Source of the DNA: Escherichia phage vB_EcoM_FB
DNA: 64,000 bases
Strand: one strand, 5' to 3'
Sequence record: MT682711.1
Shown here: one piece after another, positions 18,682-27,403 of the stretch
Numbering within the stretch: position 1 is the stretch's first letter
Layout: each line of letters opens with the position of its first letter
Notes under the pieces: generated by a model
Seen by the model: only the letters and a program-made list of their open reading frames with translations
Told to the model about the DNA's origin: nothing
The model's database searches: none
Made by a program: the position numbers and the translations under genes

Positions 18682-19692
18682 TTAGCGGTAATAAGCGTTG
18701 TGGTTGTCAAGGTATACCTCTTCGACAAATTTGTCCCAGAACTTCATATCTACCTTATCAGGCATACCGTTCTTGGCAGCCCAGACGGCATTGGTTTCGA
18801 CTTCATCGACGATTGCTTCAAGTTCAGCTTGTACATCTTTAAAAGCGTGTAGACCTTGTTTGATTTCAAGGATAAATGGAGCCGTACGTAAAGGATATTG
18901 AAGGTCACCGGTCATATAAATTTCCTTCAACTGGTATCCAGCACGATAAGCATGGCTCAGCGCTTTCCAGTCAATACCTTCGTTAGCTTCGGCCTTACGA
19001 GCGCGTTCACCATATTCGGCGTCCAGTTTATTCAGAGATTGCTTAAGCTCGATTAATGACAAAGTAGTTTGGTATTTGCGACCGAGAACAGTATAGAACG
19101 TCTGTGGACCAGTTTTCTCATGGTTATGGAATACCCATTCGCAGAATTCGTTCTCTGGGAGACGATGCTTAATATCTTCAACTTTAGTGCGACGTTGTTT
19201 AGTCGTACCATCTTCTTGGTAGTCAACCCACTGTTCAGGAATCTGGTTAACAATTGCCAGTACACCACGTAATGCAGCTAAACGAGAACCCTTAACACCA
19301 TACTTAGAAGCTTGCTTGCGGACGTACCCCAAATATGCTTTCATGTTAGTTGTATAAAACCGGGAACGGTTATCCTGGATAAACTTCCATACATCTGGTA
19401 AATCGGATTTGACTACCAGGTTAGCCGGAGTGTGAATCATGTCCAGAGCAACAGTTTCACCGTCAGCGGCCAGTTTAAAGAAATATTTCAGACTATAAAG
19501 TTCATGGTCAACATCGTCTTTAGTGTTTTTGGATGCCGTGTTATTCGTGTTCAAGTTGGTATGGTTCATGGCCGTACCTAACAGAATATTACGCGGATGT
19601 GGAACAAAGATTTCCTTAAAATCGACATCAGATTCCGGAGTACTTGTTCCATAAAGATGGCTACCGAAGTAGCCCTTCATAACTGTTCTCAT
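18682..19692 (-). CDS. Pol-beta-superfamily nucleotidyltransferase-like protein
   Basis: N-terminal GYFGSHLYGTSTPESDVDF fits the GS-x(n)-DxD nucleotidyltransferase signature. Confidence 0.55.
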   Translation of the reverse strand: MRTVMKGYFGSHLYGTSTPESDVDFKEIFVPHPRNILLGTAMNHTNLNTNNTASKNTKDDVDHELYSLKYFFKLAADGETVALDMIHTPANLVVKSDLPDVWKFIQDNRSRFYTTNMKAYLGYVRKQASKYGVKGSRLAALRGVLAIVNQIPEQWVDYQEDGTTKQRRTKVEDIKHRLPENEFCEWVFHNHEKTGPQTFYTVLGRKYQTTLSLIELKQSLNKLDAEYGERARKAEANEGIDWKALSHAYRAGYQLKEIYMTGDLQYPLRTAPFILEIKQGLHAFKDVQAELEAIVDEVETNAVWAAKNGMPDKVDMKFWDKFVEEVYLDNHNAYYR

Positions 19693-20141
19693 TTCTTCGC
19701 CTCAAAATGGATTACCGGACACATCTTAGATTTACGAGCTTTGATATATTGAATGAAAACGTTTTCTTTAGTTTCTCGGCCTTCACGCTCAGCTTTAATT
19801 CGTTCCCATTCTTTTTCTTCTTTACGTAAATCGTACCAGGACCAGAAATTCATTAGAGCATACACTAAACCAAATGCTACCGCCAGAATAAGGGCCATTG
19901 TAGCTAGTCCTAAAATAAACCCCAACCCTAAACCAACAGGAATACTTAATACAAAGAACTGGTCTAATACGCCAGCACCTGCAACAGTTAAGGCGAAGAT
20001 TGTACTACCTACAAGCACAGAACAAATAAAGCAGGCCCATACAATTTTCCAGAAGTAAGCACATAAAGAGTGTGGGCGAGAATAATGGCTATAAAAACGG
20101 TCGTGTAATTTAGTGTGCCAAGAGTTCGTATTGATAATCAT
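19689..20141 (-). CDS. membrane protein
   Basis: Several hydrophobic helices (e.g. GLGLGFILGLATMALILAVAFGLVYALM). Confidence 0.5.
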   Translation of the reverse strand: MIINTNSWHTKLHDRFYSHYSRPHSLCAYFWKIVWACFICSVLVGSTIFALTVAGAGVLDQFFVLSIPVGLGLGFILGLATMALILAVAFGLVYALMNFWSWYDLRKEEKEWERIKAEREGRETKENVFIQYIKARKSKMCPVIHFEAKK

Positions 20142-20151
20142 AATATTTTCC

Positions 20152-20706
20152 TTAAGGGTTCATAGTTGGGATAATAGTGTTCAGGTATTTTACCAGAACT
20201 TTTAATTCGTCTTTAGTGAATACTACTTCAGCTTCACCATCGTGGGTCTGGATGATAGATAACATATCGCGACCTTGATATTGGTAGACACTGAATTCGG
20301 TATTATAATCGCCTTCTTCATCACCTTCAAAGGTTTCGCTTGAATGCATAATAGCATCACAACCAGGGATTTTCCACTCGAGCTCAGGTACACACTCTTC
20401 TTGGAAGAGTTTAAAAATTTTCTCTAAAAATTCTGAACGGTTTTTAATAGATAAACAAGCCCATTCGGTTTCCAGATTAAAGCCATTTTCACCTAGATAC
20501 AACCAGGCCACAACTTCATCGTTAATTTTAAAGACACGATTATGAGTTCGAATATACTGCTCTGCATCAATAACAGACAACTCGTACAGGTTCTGAATAT
20601 CTTGAATGGTCAAAACGACTGTATCATCTTCTTGTTTAAGCACGATTGCATTATCAATTACATCGGCAGTCAGGTCACCAAACAACCCAGATTTTTCAAT
20701 AATCAT
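20152..20706 (-). CDS. hypothetical acidic protein
   Basis: 184-codon ATG ORF. Confidence 0.5.
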   Translation of the reverse strand: MIIEKSGLFGDLTADVIDNAIVLKQEDDTVVLTIQDIQNLYELSVIDAEQYIRTHNRVFKINDEVVAWLYLGENGFNLETEWACLSIKNRSEFLEKIFKLFQEECVPELEWKIPGCDAIMHSSETFEGDEEGDYNTEFSVYQYQGRDMLSIIQTHDGEAEVVFTKDELKVLVKYLNTIIPTMNP

Positions 20707-20718
20707 TTTAATTTCCTC

Positions 20719-20934
20719 TTAACGGTTATGTTTTAAAATACTATAAAGAGCTTCTACTTGGCTTGCATCCAGGTAAATAACATCATCATCTTGCTCAATG
20801 GAAATACCACCAGTATTACCTGCAACAAAATTGCATTCGCACACTTCAACGGGACGGTATACGTCACCAACTGGATGCTCAGGCTCCAGAACAATCACAC
20901 CATTTTCAGAATTACCACTTGGGTCGTATAACAT
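20719..20934 (-). CDS. hypothetical protein
   Basis: Track start is TTG; ATG at 20934 has GAGGAA 6 nt upstream. Confidence 0.4.
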   Translation of the reverse strand: MLYDPSGNSENGVIVLEPEHPVGDVYRPVEVCECNFVAGNTGGISIEQDDDVIYLDASQVEALYSILKHNR

Positions 20935-21025
20935 TACAGTTTCCTCGCTAACCATGAAAAGAATAAACCAATTAAAACAGGCCCTACAGCCATTATTAAC
21001 CAAGCCCAAGGTTCAAGATAGTAAA

Positions 21026-21283
21026 TCATCTCATGCTCCTGTGCCAACAATTACGTGGCTCACGTTTAAAAATTTCATCATGCATTGATTGACAACCAAC
21101 ACAATATATCACACCCTTGATAGCTTTACGTCGTGCTTCAGGAATCTCTTCATCGCAATCAAAGCAATATTCAGCGGATTCACGTTCAATAGCCACTTGC
21201 TTACGAGCGTGTACAATAGCGGCTTGTACAACCGCTTCCATTTCGAGCTGTTCGGCTCCGTCCTTTGCAAAACCGACAGCCAT
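21026..21283 (-). CDS. DksA/TraR-family C4 zinc-finger protein
   Basis: CFDCDEEIPEARRKAIKGVIYCVGC: CxxC-x17-CxxC. Confidence 0.55.
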   Translation of the reverse strand: MAVGFAKDGAEQLEMEAVVQAAIVHARKQVAIERESAEYCFDCDEEIPEARRKAIKGVIYCVGCQSMHDEIFKREPRNCWHRSMR

Positions 21284-21465
21284 TATGCTTTCAACTCATT
21301 AAGATACTCAACCAAGGCTGCTTTAGAGTTAGCCAAATCTCGTTTACATTGCTCTATTCCGGAATATGAATAGCCTTCACAATGTTCTACTGCAATATCA
21401 TAAGAATCACGTTCAATAGCAGTAGCGAGTTTAAGGATTTGTTCAATCTGTTCAGTAGTTAACAT
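21283..21465 (-). CDS. hypothetical protein
   Basis: 60-codon ATG ORF. Confidence 0.4.
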   Translation of the reverse strand: MLTTEQIEQILKLATAIERDSYDIAVEHCEGYSYSGIEQCKRDLANSKAALVEYLNELKA

Positions 21466-21469
21466 ATTA

Positions 21470-21706
21470 TCACCAGTATTTGCTAATGGTAGAAATTAAT
21501 TCTTGGACCTGGGCTGTATTCAGTTTACATCCACAACCCTTTAATGTGTCTTTAAGGAGCCACGGTTCCTTGAGCTCGTCCTTTTCTAGACGAATTCTGT
21601 ATCCTCGATAATCGGCGAAGATACTTCGGTCGTCGAATATCTTAATCTCAAGGATACGACCGTTGATTTCATATTCTAACGAAACCGTAGTACTTGTAAG
21701 TTTCAT
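21470..21706 (-). CDS. hypothetical protein
   Basis: 78-codon ATG ORF below a promoter cassette. Confidence 0.45.
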   Translation of the reverse strand: MKLTSTTVSLEYEINGRILEIKIFDDRSIFADYRGYRIRLEKDELKEPWLLKDTLKGCGCKLNTAQVQELISTISKYW

Positions 21707-21723
21707 TCTGTTCTCCTCATTAG

Positions 21724-21763
21724 TTGATAGGTCTATAGTATCATGTTCCTAGAGGATGTAAAC
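21724..21763 (-). promoter_or_regulatory. early promoter-hairpin cassette (PeSL-like)
   Basis: TTGATAGGTCTATAGTATCA..TGTAAAC. Confidence 0.5.
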
Positions 21764-21772
21764 ACCTAAACG

Positions 21773-21799
21773 AAAAAAGGTCCCACCGAAGTGAGACCT
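21773..21799 (-). terminator. rho-independent terminator candidate
   Basis: AGGUCUCAC-UUCG-GUGGGACCU hairpin followed on the minus strand by six U. Confidence 0.55.
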
Positions 21800-21803
21800 T
21801 TGA

Positions 21804-22190
21804 TTATTCTAACGTTAGCAAATACTTGGTCTGGTAAAAGACACCAGTGATATCGTCCAAAGTCGACTGGATGGCCTTAGGAAGATTTTTGTAGATTTTA
21901 TCAGATGCTTTAATAAGTTCATCAAGAAAATCTATAGGGTCTTTAGGCAGTTCTGAAGCAGACGGCAGTGATGCTTTATATTCTTTGCCACTGAATCCAA
22001 GATATTGCTCACTAAATTGGTCCAGTGGTCCTTGAACTTCTACGTAATAGAAGTCATACGCTTTGTGTCTTGCATAGCTTTTGGTTTCTAAATGGGCTGA
22101 CTTAAAATAGGCTAAAGAAACCAACAGCCAGCCAATATAAGAATCTACTTCAGTCCCTCGACTAAGTACGAAATCATTGAATTTCATCAT
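21804..22190 (-). CDS. hypothetical protein
   Basis: 128-codon ATG ORF. Confidence 0.5.
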   Translation of the reverse strand: MMKFNDFVLSRGTEVDSYIGWLLVSLAYFKSAHLETKSYARHKAYDFYYVEVQGPLDQFSEQYLGFSGKEYKASLPSASELPKDPIDFLDELIKASDKIYKNLPKAIQSTLDDITGVFYQTKYLLTLE

Positions 22191-22467
22191 CTACCTTCAT
22201 TAGTTTAACGTATCGTTCTCCGACCTCCCGACCTTCAATCGAGCAAGACACTATTGTATTGCAATTTGAAAGTTTCCAAGAAGCAGTTAAATAAGCCCAG
22301 TAGTCTTTAGAGGCCTTTACGCTAGGTTTACTCATTTGCGCATAAACTGGCATCGCACTACTAGCAAAGGCATCCATCAATTTAGGATCGGATTTGTTTG
22401 CTAGTGAAACTGTTGGGCTTAAACATCCGATCATAAGGATACAAGCCACTGTACGGAAAATACCCAT
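22174..22467 (-). CDS. putative lipoprotein
   Basis: Signal peptide with lipobox-like LMIGC. Confidence 0.45.
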   Translation of the reverse strand: MGIFRTVACILMIGCLSPTVSLANKSDPKLMDAFASSAMPVYAQMSKPSVKASKDYWAYLTASWKLSNCNTIVSCSIEGREVGERYVKLMKVDDEIQ

Positions 22468-22559
22468 ACAAAAGTCCTTTGTTGTTTTATACTATTTGCC
22501 TTTCGGCCTTAACCGATAGCGATTACCAAAAGCTAAAGCTCTACGGTTAGTATTATTAT

Positions 22560-22838
22560 TTATAGCTTTTTAAGCTTACGACAATAAGAATAGAACACGT
22601 CGTTAAAATTATATTCAACCCAATTCCTCTGTATAGGCGAGGTAATGGAAAGCATATAATGCGCTTTAATTAAATCCATCCCATTTTTATTAGGACATTC
22701 TTTATTATTAGCATTATACGTCGCTGCTACAACCTCTATCTCTCTTTTGTAAGCCACATCATCCATGATAGGCGAAAGAACAATATAAGAAATAGCCACA
22801 GCGAACGCTAGAATTAAAATCTTTGAATTTAGGTCCAT
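22560..22838 (-). CDS. membrane-anchored small protein
   Basis: N-terminal hydrophobic helix. Confidence 0.45.
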   Translation of the reverse strand: MDLNSKILILAFAVAISYIVLSPIMDDVAYKREIEVVAATYNANNKECPNKNGMDLIKAHYMLSITSPIQRNWVEYNFNDVFYSYCRKLKKL

Positions 22839-22845
22839 AATACCC

Positions 22846-23418
22846 TCAACTCGTTATTTCTATCCAGTGCTTCCTGCACAATGACACGTAAGAATCGTTG
22901 CCACCTATAGAAACTTGGTCACCGTCCTTAATTGCGATACCATTTTGGATACGAGCTGTCATAGTAGCCTTACGTCCACAATGGCACACACCTTTGTACT
23001 CAACGAGTTTATCTGCTGTAGCCAATAATTCAGCAGAGCCAGGAAACAGTTTACCCTGAAAATCAGTTCTTAGACCGTAACACATGACCGGTATATTATA
23101 ATTATCTACTATCTTTGCCAATTGTTTTATTTGCAAAGGTTCTAAGAACTGTGCTTCATCCACAAACACGCAGTGGATATCTTTTTGAGATTCAGCCCAA
23201 CGATAGAACTCGTATAGGTCCATATCCGGAGTCACTGCATTAGCCTCTTGACTAATCCCTATACGAGACGAAATGGTATGGCTTGATTCTCTATTGTCTA
23301 TCGCAGGCTTTAAAAGGAGTACGCTCATACCTCGTTCTTTGTAGTTATGAGCGGCCGTTAGCAATGAAGCAGTCTTCCCGGAATTCATTGCCGCATAGTG
23401 AAAATAAAGTTGAGCCAT
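22846..23418 (-). CDS. tk: thymidine kinase
   Basis: P-loop AMNSGKT, VDEAQF, C-terminal Cys cluster; T4 tk position. Confidence 0.85.
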   Translation of the reverse strand: MAQLYFHYAAMNSGKTASLLTAAHNYKERGMSVLLLKPAIDNRESSHTISSRIGISQEANAVTPDMDLYEFYRWAESQKDIHCVFVDEAQFLEPLQIKQLAKIVDNYNIPVMCYGLRTDFQGKLFPGSAELLATADKLVEYKGVCHCGRKATMTARIQNGIAIKDGDQVSIGGNDSYVSLCRKHWIEITS

Positions 23419-23427
23419 ATTACCTTC

Positions 23428-23613
23428 TTAAAGACTATTTACATAAGCAATTAATTCGTTTTCTTTCTCATCAAACCGACTGGCGAATTCTTCCTGGTGT
23501 TCGGCATCTATAGGGCCATATTCATCATAAAAAGAATTTGCTTCTGCATGCTCATCCAAAAGCTCATGGATAAGCTCAAATAATTTATCTTTCTGTTCTT
23601 TACTCAGACTCAT
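23428..23613 (-). CDS. hypothetical acidic protein
   Basis: Track start is TTG; ATG at 23613 gives ATGA overlap with upstream stop. Confidence 0.4.
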   Translation of the reverse strand: MSLSKEQKDKLFELIHELLDEHAEANSFYDEYGPIDAEHQEEFASRFDEKENELIAYVNSL

Positions 23614-23822
23614 AACCATTGCACCTTTAAGCAATATTCTTCTACATGCTGTTTACGTTTATTTTTATCTATAAAAGTATATTCAACATATTCGCCGATA
23701 TACCATTTATCGGTGTTGTGTTGACTTTTTATAGGGCATTTAGTTACTCGGGTTTCGGTCCAGCGTCGAATAATTTCCGCTTTGTTTTTAGGGTCAAACG
23801 GATGCGGGTAATGGGCTTTCAT
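23610..23822 (-). CDS. hypothetical protein
   Basis: 70-codon ATG ORF. Confidence 0.4.
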   Translation of the reverse strand: MKAHYPHPFDPKNKAEIIRRWTETRVTKCPIKSQHNTDKWYIGEYVEYTFIDKNKRKQHVEEYCLKVQWL

Positions 23823-24261
23823 AATCTACCACCACTAAATTAATATCAGGAGTAAACAAATTAATCAATTGATAAACCTTGTCCCAATCACCACCGGCAA
23901 TACCACAACCGATGCGAGGAATATAAATTCTGGGTTTAAACAAAAGACCCTTTGCGGTACGGTTTAATTCTATCATACAGTTTACTAAAGCACCATAATC
24001 AAGATTAGGGCCTGGTTCGTATTGGGTGTATAAATTATAGCAAATTTGGCCCTTATTACCTGTGGCTTGAGTAAACGTGCCAAGTTTTTCCAAATTGCCT
24101 AAATAAGTGGTTTTATCAATAGCAAGAATAGGTGGATATGCCTTAGCCAATTGACCTGCTACACCTGAACCCATAGTATGAAAACAGTTACACCCATGAG
24201 CAACGTTATTACCCTGAAGAAACAGGGCGACGATATCGCCCTTAATATAATCAATAATCAT
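23794..24261 (-). CDS. macro-domain (ADP-ribose binding/processing) protein
   Basis: GDIVALF..NNVAHGCNCFHTMGSGVAGQLAKA and IGCGIAGGDW resemble macro-domain motifs. Confidence 0.6.
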   Translation of the reverse strand: MIIDYIKGDIVALFLQGNNVAHGCNCFHTMGSGVAGQLAKAYPPILAIDKTTYLGNLEKLGTFTQATGNKGQICYNLYTQYEPGPNLDYGALVNCMIELNRTAKGLLFKPRIYIPRIGCGIAGGDWDKVYQLINLFTPDINLVVVDYESPLPASV

Positions 24262-24614
24262 TTAGAGTTTAGCCCTCGGTTGTAAGAGTCAACGAGTCTG
24301 TCTACCATAGACGCGCATATTTCTTTGTACTTTTTATCAGACGGAACACATTCAGTAACGTTTAGACGTTGCTCGTATCTTTTAGAAAGGGTTTTCTCTT
24401 TCATTCGACGATGCTCGACGTCATTCTGTCCATCTTTAAAAGCAGCCGTTATTTTTGAACTGAATTCAATAACACATTCAGTATTACTTGGATGACAATA
24501 ATCTTTTGCTGTACGGGTAGCATACTCGACAATTGAATTATTGGTATCATCAACCTGTGACGCTAATACTCCCGGAGCAATCAACATAAGCGCTATAGTC
24601 ATCTGTTTAATCAT
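24258..24614 (-). CDS. secreted/periplasmic protein
   Basis: N-terminal signal peptide; four Cys. Confidence 0.45.
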   Translation of the reverse strand: MIKQMTIALMLIAPGVLASQVDDTNNSIVEYATRTAKDYCHPSNTECVIEFSSKITAAFKDGQNDVEHRRMKEKTLSKRYEQRLNVTECVPSDKKYKEICASMVDRLVDSYNRGLNSK

Positions 24615-25172
24615 TTAATATACCGCCTCAAACATCTTTTTAGATTTTAGGTAATTGGCCTTTTCTAGAACTTCCGAAGCATATTTACTACCTGCTTTGA
24701 AATTCCAGCCCGCATTATAAGAAGCAATCGCTTTTCTCAGGTCACCTTTGTGAACATTAATCCAATAAGACAGCTCAATGTAGGCCCAAGAGGCACTGTA
24801 CTGTCGGTTTTGGACCATACGAATTATTTCTTTATCTGACATCTTCCAACCTACCTGTTTAACACGACTTCTTAACGTAGGCAAGTAATTTTGGAACATG
24901 CCATAAGCATGGTGCTTATCTTTATTTAAACCTTGATTAATCCCAGCAGATGATTCCTGCCATAATAATCCAGCCATTATATATCCTAATCCTTTTTGAT
25001 TAGGGGTTTCTTTGAACTTTCCCGACTTTTGGTATTGTTCACCGAAAGCATACGCATAATGTAAATTATCTAGCTGGGTTTCTGTAAATACGGGTTCTGC
25101 TGCACTTACAGAAAACGAACCGCACATAATAGCCGCTATTAAAGAATATTTAAGTTTTTTTAGAAAAATCAT
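24615..25172 (-). CDS. secreted lytic transglycosylase-like protein
   Basis: Signal peptide then LLWQESS..GMFQ..YNAG motifs; track start TTG, ATG at 25172. Confidence 0.55.
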   Translation of the reverse strand: MIFLKKLKYSLIAAIMCGSFSVSAAEPVFTETQLDNLHYAYAFGEQYQKSGKFKETPNQKGLGYIMAGLLWQESSAGINQGLNKDKHHAYGMFQNYLPTLRSRVKQVGWKMSDKEIIRMVQNRQYSASWAYIELSYWINVHKGDLRKAIASYNAGWNFKAGSKYASEVLEKANYLKSKKMFEAVY

Positions 25173-25884
25173 AATCAATAAGTCCTCGGTAATCTACATT
25201 AGGGAAGCCATTCTTAATTGCGATTTTACTAAATCTTCCACACTTTGGTTTATTATTATCTACCCATAATTTATATAATTGTGAATACATTGGTTCACGC
25301 CATATAGGAGCCTTTCGCAAAGAGGCCTTTTTCCTTTCTATAGTTTCCTTAGAATTTTGTATGGCTTTAAATTTTTGTCTATTTTCAGGATTTTCAAAAT
25401 ACTTAACCCGTTTTTCAGACATTTTAGCTTTTACTTTTGGCGAATTTAAAATTTCTTTGAGCCGTTCTTTAGAGCCTTCCTTTTCAAAATATTTTATTAA
25501 AGCCTTTGAATGGGCCGCCCTATTTTCATTTTTAGAGAAGAATAAAATTTTATTAATAGATTGCAGTTTTGAAAATGATTCTTTAGCCAACTTATAATTT
25601 TCAGCATCTACAAAATAAGACCTTTGCTTTGAATTTGAAGTAGAGCTCATATTTAGCCAAGCAAAATTCAACCCGTAGTGGTTTGGATTAGCTTTGGCTA
25701 AATACATATGGGCTAAATAGTGTTCGTCAGCATAAAGCTCGACTAAATTGTCTTGGGTGTCAGGACCACCAACACAACTCGGTATTATATGGTGCTTTTC
25801 TGTATAGGCATCATTAGGTGTATCCCTAGATAAGGCAGCATTTATTATTTTATAGTAGTCATATGGATATTTTATAGTTTCCAT
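25150..25884 (-). CDS. HNH homing endonuclease (Mob-like)
   Basis: EKHHIIPSCVGGPDTQDNLVELYADEHYLAH. Confidence 0.75.
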   Translation of the reverse strand: METIKYPYDYYKIINAALSRDTPNDAYTEKHHIIPSCVGGPDTQDNLVELYADEHYLAHMYLAKANPNHYGLNFAWLNMSSTSNSKQRSYFVDAENYKLAKESFSKLQSINKILFFSKNENRAAHSKALIKYFEKEGSKERLKEILNSPKVKAKMSEKRVKYFENPENRQKFKAIQNSKETIERKKASLRKAPIWREPMYSQLYKLWVDNNKPKCGRFSKIAIKNGFPNVDYRGLIDYDFSKKT

Positions 25885-25891
25885 ACTATCC

Positions 25892-26350
25892 TCACAAGTA
25901 AATAACTTTCGTGCTGGTTTTACCTTCTAAACGTTTAGAGTTAACAAATGCCATACGACATTTAAGGGAATATCCTTTATCAGGATGTTTACGGTCTACT
26001 GTCATACCTAGCCATAAGGTTTTATCGGTAATTTCGAGACGCAATGGACGATACACTTTACCAGGGACAATTTCGGATTCTACATCAGGTAGAGGTTCCT
26101 GGATTAAAAATTCATGAATTTCTTTAACATGGTTATGGAGTTGCTTGAATAAAGCAAAAACGTATTTTTCGTCGATTTCACGTTGGATAGCACGGTCCAA
26201 CAAGTGATTAGAGTACTTAATAAAGAAGGCTGGGACTCCGCTCTTGATGGCGGCTTTTTTGATGGACGTATTCAGTTCACGGAATTCGGTTTCGAACTGA
26301 CGACGTAATTTATTGCGGCGGATGAATACTTCTGAATTAATTTCTGACAT
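25892..26350 (-). CDS. regB: RegB-like endoribonuclease
   Basis: 152 aa; EVFIRRNKLRR..HLLDRAIQREIDE matches T4 RegB as recalled. Confidence 0.7.
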   Translation of the reverse strand: MSEINSEVFIRRNKLRRQFETEFRELNTSIKKAAIKSGVPAFFIKYSNHLLDRAIQREIDEKYVFALFKQLHNHVKEIHEFLIQEPLPDVESEIVPGKVYRPLRLEITDKTLWLGMTVDRKHPDKGYSLKCRMAFVNSKRLEGKTSTKVIYL

Positions 26351-26367
26351 TTTGTAATCTCCTGTAG

Positions 26368-26407
26368 TTGATAGGTCTATAGTACCACGTCTACAGGAGA
26401 TGTAAAC
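26368..26407 (-). promoter_or_regulatory. early promoter-hairpin cassette (PeSL-like)
   Basis: TTGATAGGTCTATAGTACCA..TGTAAAC; inverted repeat CTCCTGTAG/CTACAGGAG covers the SD. Confidence 0.5.
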
Positions 26408-26411
26408 TGCT

Positions 26412-26621
26412 TTATTCTTGGAATGGGGTAAGTTTTCCAGCAGCTGAACAAATTTCTACCAGTACAGGGTAAAACTCTTTCACTTGTTCAAGGCGTTGGG
26501 CTGCATACTGTACTTCACCTTCTTCGAGACAAGCCATTTGGTCGTCAAGCAAGTATTTGTGGTAGCCAGTACAGGCTTCACCGATAATACGCTGGAAATC
26601 TTGTAAACTTTCAATTTTCAT
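26412..26621 (-). CDS. hypothetical protein
   Basis: Start at ATG 26621 with GAGGAA upstream. Confidence 0.4.
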   Translation of the reverse strand: MKIESLQDFQRIIGEACTGYHKYLLDDQMACLEEGEVQYAAQRLEQVKEFYPVLVEICSAAGKLTPFQE

Positions 26622-26899
26622 CAGTATTTTTCCTCGGGTTGGAAAACGGAACGACACGCCCACATGCTTGCTTCTTTCAGACGGTCAATTGCATTACGAA
26701 TCTGGGTGATGCGTTCATGAGCCTGGTCTAGTTCTTGTTCATAAACCTCTTCGGTATCTAAGTTCATATAATGAGTAACATGTTCTTCTTCCAGAGCTTT
26801 AAACATTAACCCAAGACGAACTTCAGCATCTTTGATAGCTTTTACTTTACCGATTTTATCGTCGGTATGCGGCTTATAACCCTTGATATCTTCAATCAT
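26621..26899 (-). CDS. hypothetical protein
   Basis: 92-codon ATG ORF, ATGA coupling. Confidence 0.45.
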   Translation of the reverse strand: MIEDIKGYKPHTDDKIGKVKAIKDAEVRLGLMFKALEEEHVTHYMNLDTEEVYEQELDQAHERITQIRNAIDRLKEASMWACRSVFQPEEKY

Positions 26900-27114
26900 T
26901 TCACTTCCTCGCCAGTTGCGATATCATATTCTACCAAACGAAGGCCTTCAGTCCAACCTTGCACGGAGATATAGGTAGTCGGGTAAATCATTTCTTTACC
27001 ATTCCACCGACCGCCATCCCAGACTTCCAGAAAGTCTTGTTCACCTGGTCCATTAAGCCATTCAACAAATCTTTTCAGAGCTTCTTCAGAACCTTCAATT
27101 GTCAATTTAGACAT
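26896..27114 (-). CDS. hypothetical protein
   Basis: 72-codon ATG ORF. Confidence 0.4.
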   Translation of the reverse strand: MSKLTIEGSEEALKRFVEWLNGPGEQDFLEVWDGGRWNGKEMIYPTTYISVQGWTEGLRLVEYDIATGEEVK

Positions 27115-27403
27115 ATTTTTTCCAATCAGAAATCATATGAATCTCTTGGTCATAAGTCAAGAGACTACGAGCAATAATACCCTTACAAGGCCCTGAGATG
27201 AACTCGAGAGTGAAGTAAGGAACCTGTTTCATTAATCGGATACTAGGAGCATGACATCTAAAACGAGAGCCCTTAAAGGGCCCTGTCATGAATACATATT
27301 CCAATGGGTAGAAATAAGCATATTCGAAATTTGCAGTAAGGTCCTCTCTTCGAACCTTACGTGAGAAATAACAGAACTCAAAAAGTTCTTCATCAGTCAT
27401 CAT
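27107..27403 (-). CDS. hypothetical protein
   Basis: Start at ATG 27403, ATGA overlap with upstream stop. Confidence 0.4.
   Translation of the reverse strand: MMTDEELFEFCYFSRKVRREDLTANFEYAYFYPLEYVFMTGPFKGSRFRCHAPSIRLMKQVPYFTLEFISGPCKGIIARSLLTYDQEIHMISDWKKYV

Noticed and set aside
18486-18728. 80-codon minus-strand ORF overlapping the nucleotidyltransferase gene end
   Set aside because: Its only possible start is TTG with no internal ATG, and its 3-prime end runs into the terminator hairpin.
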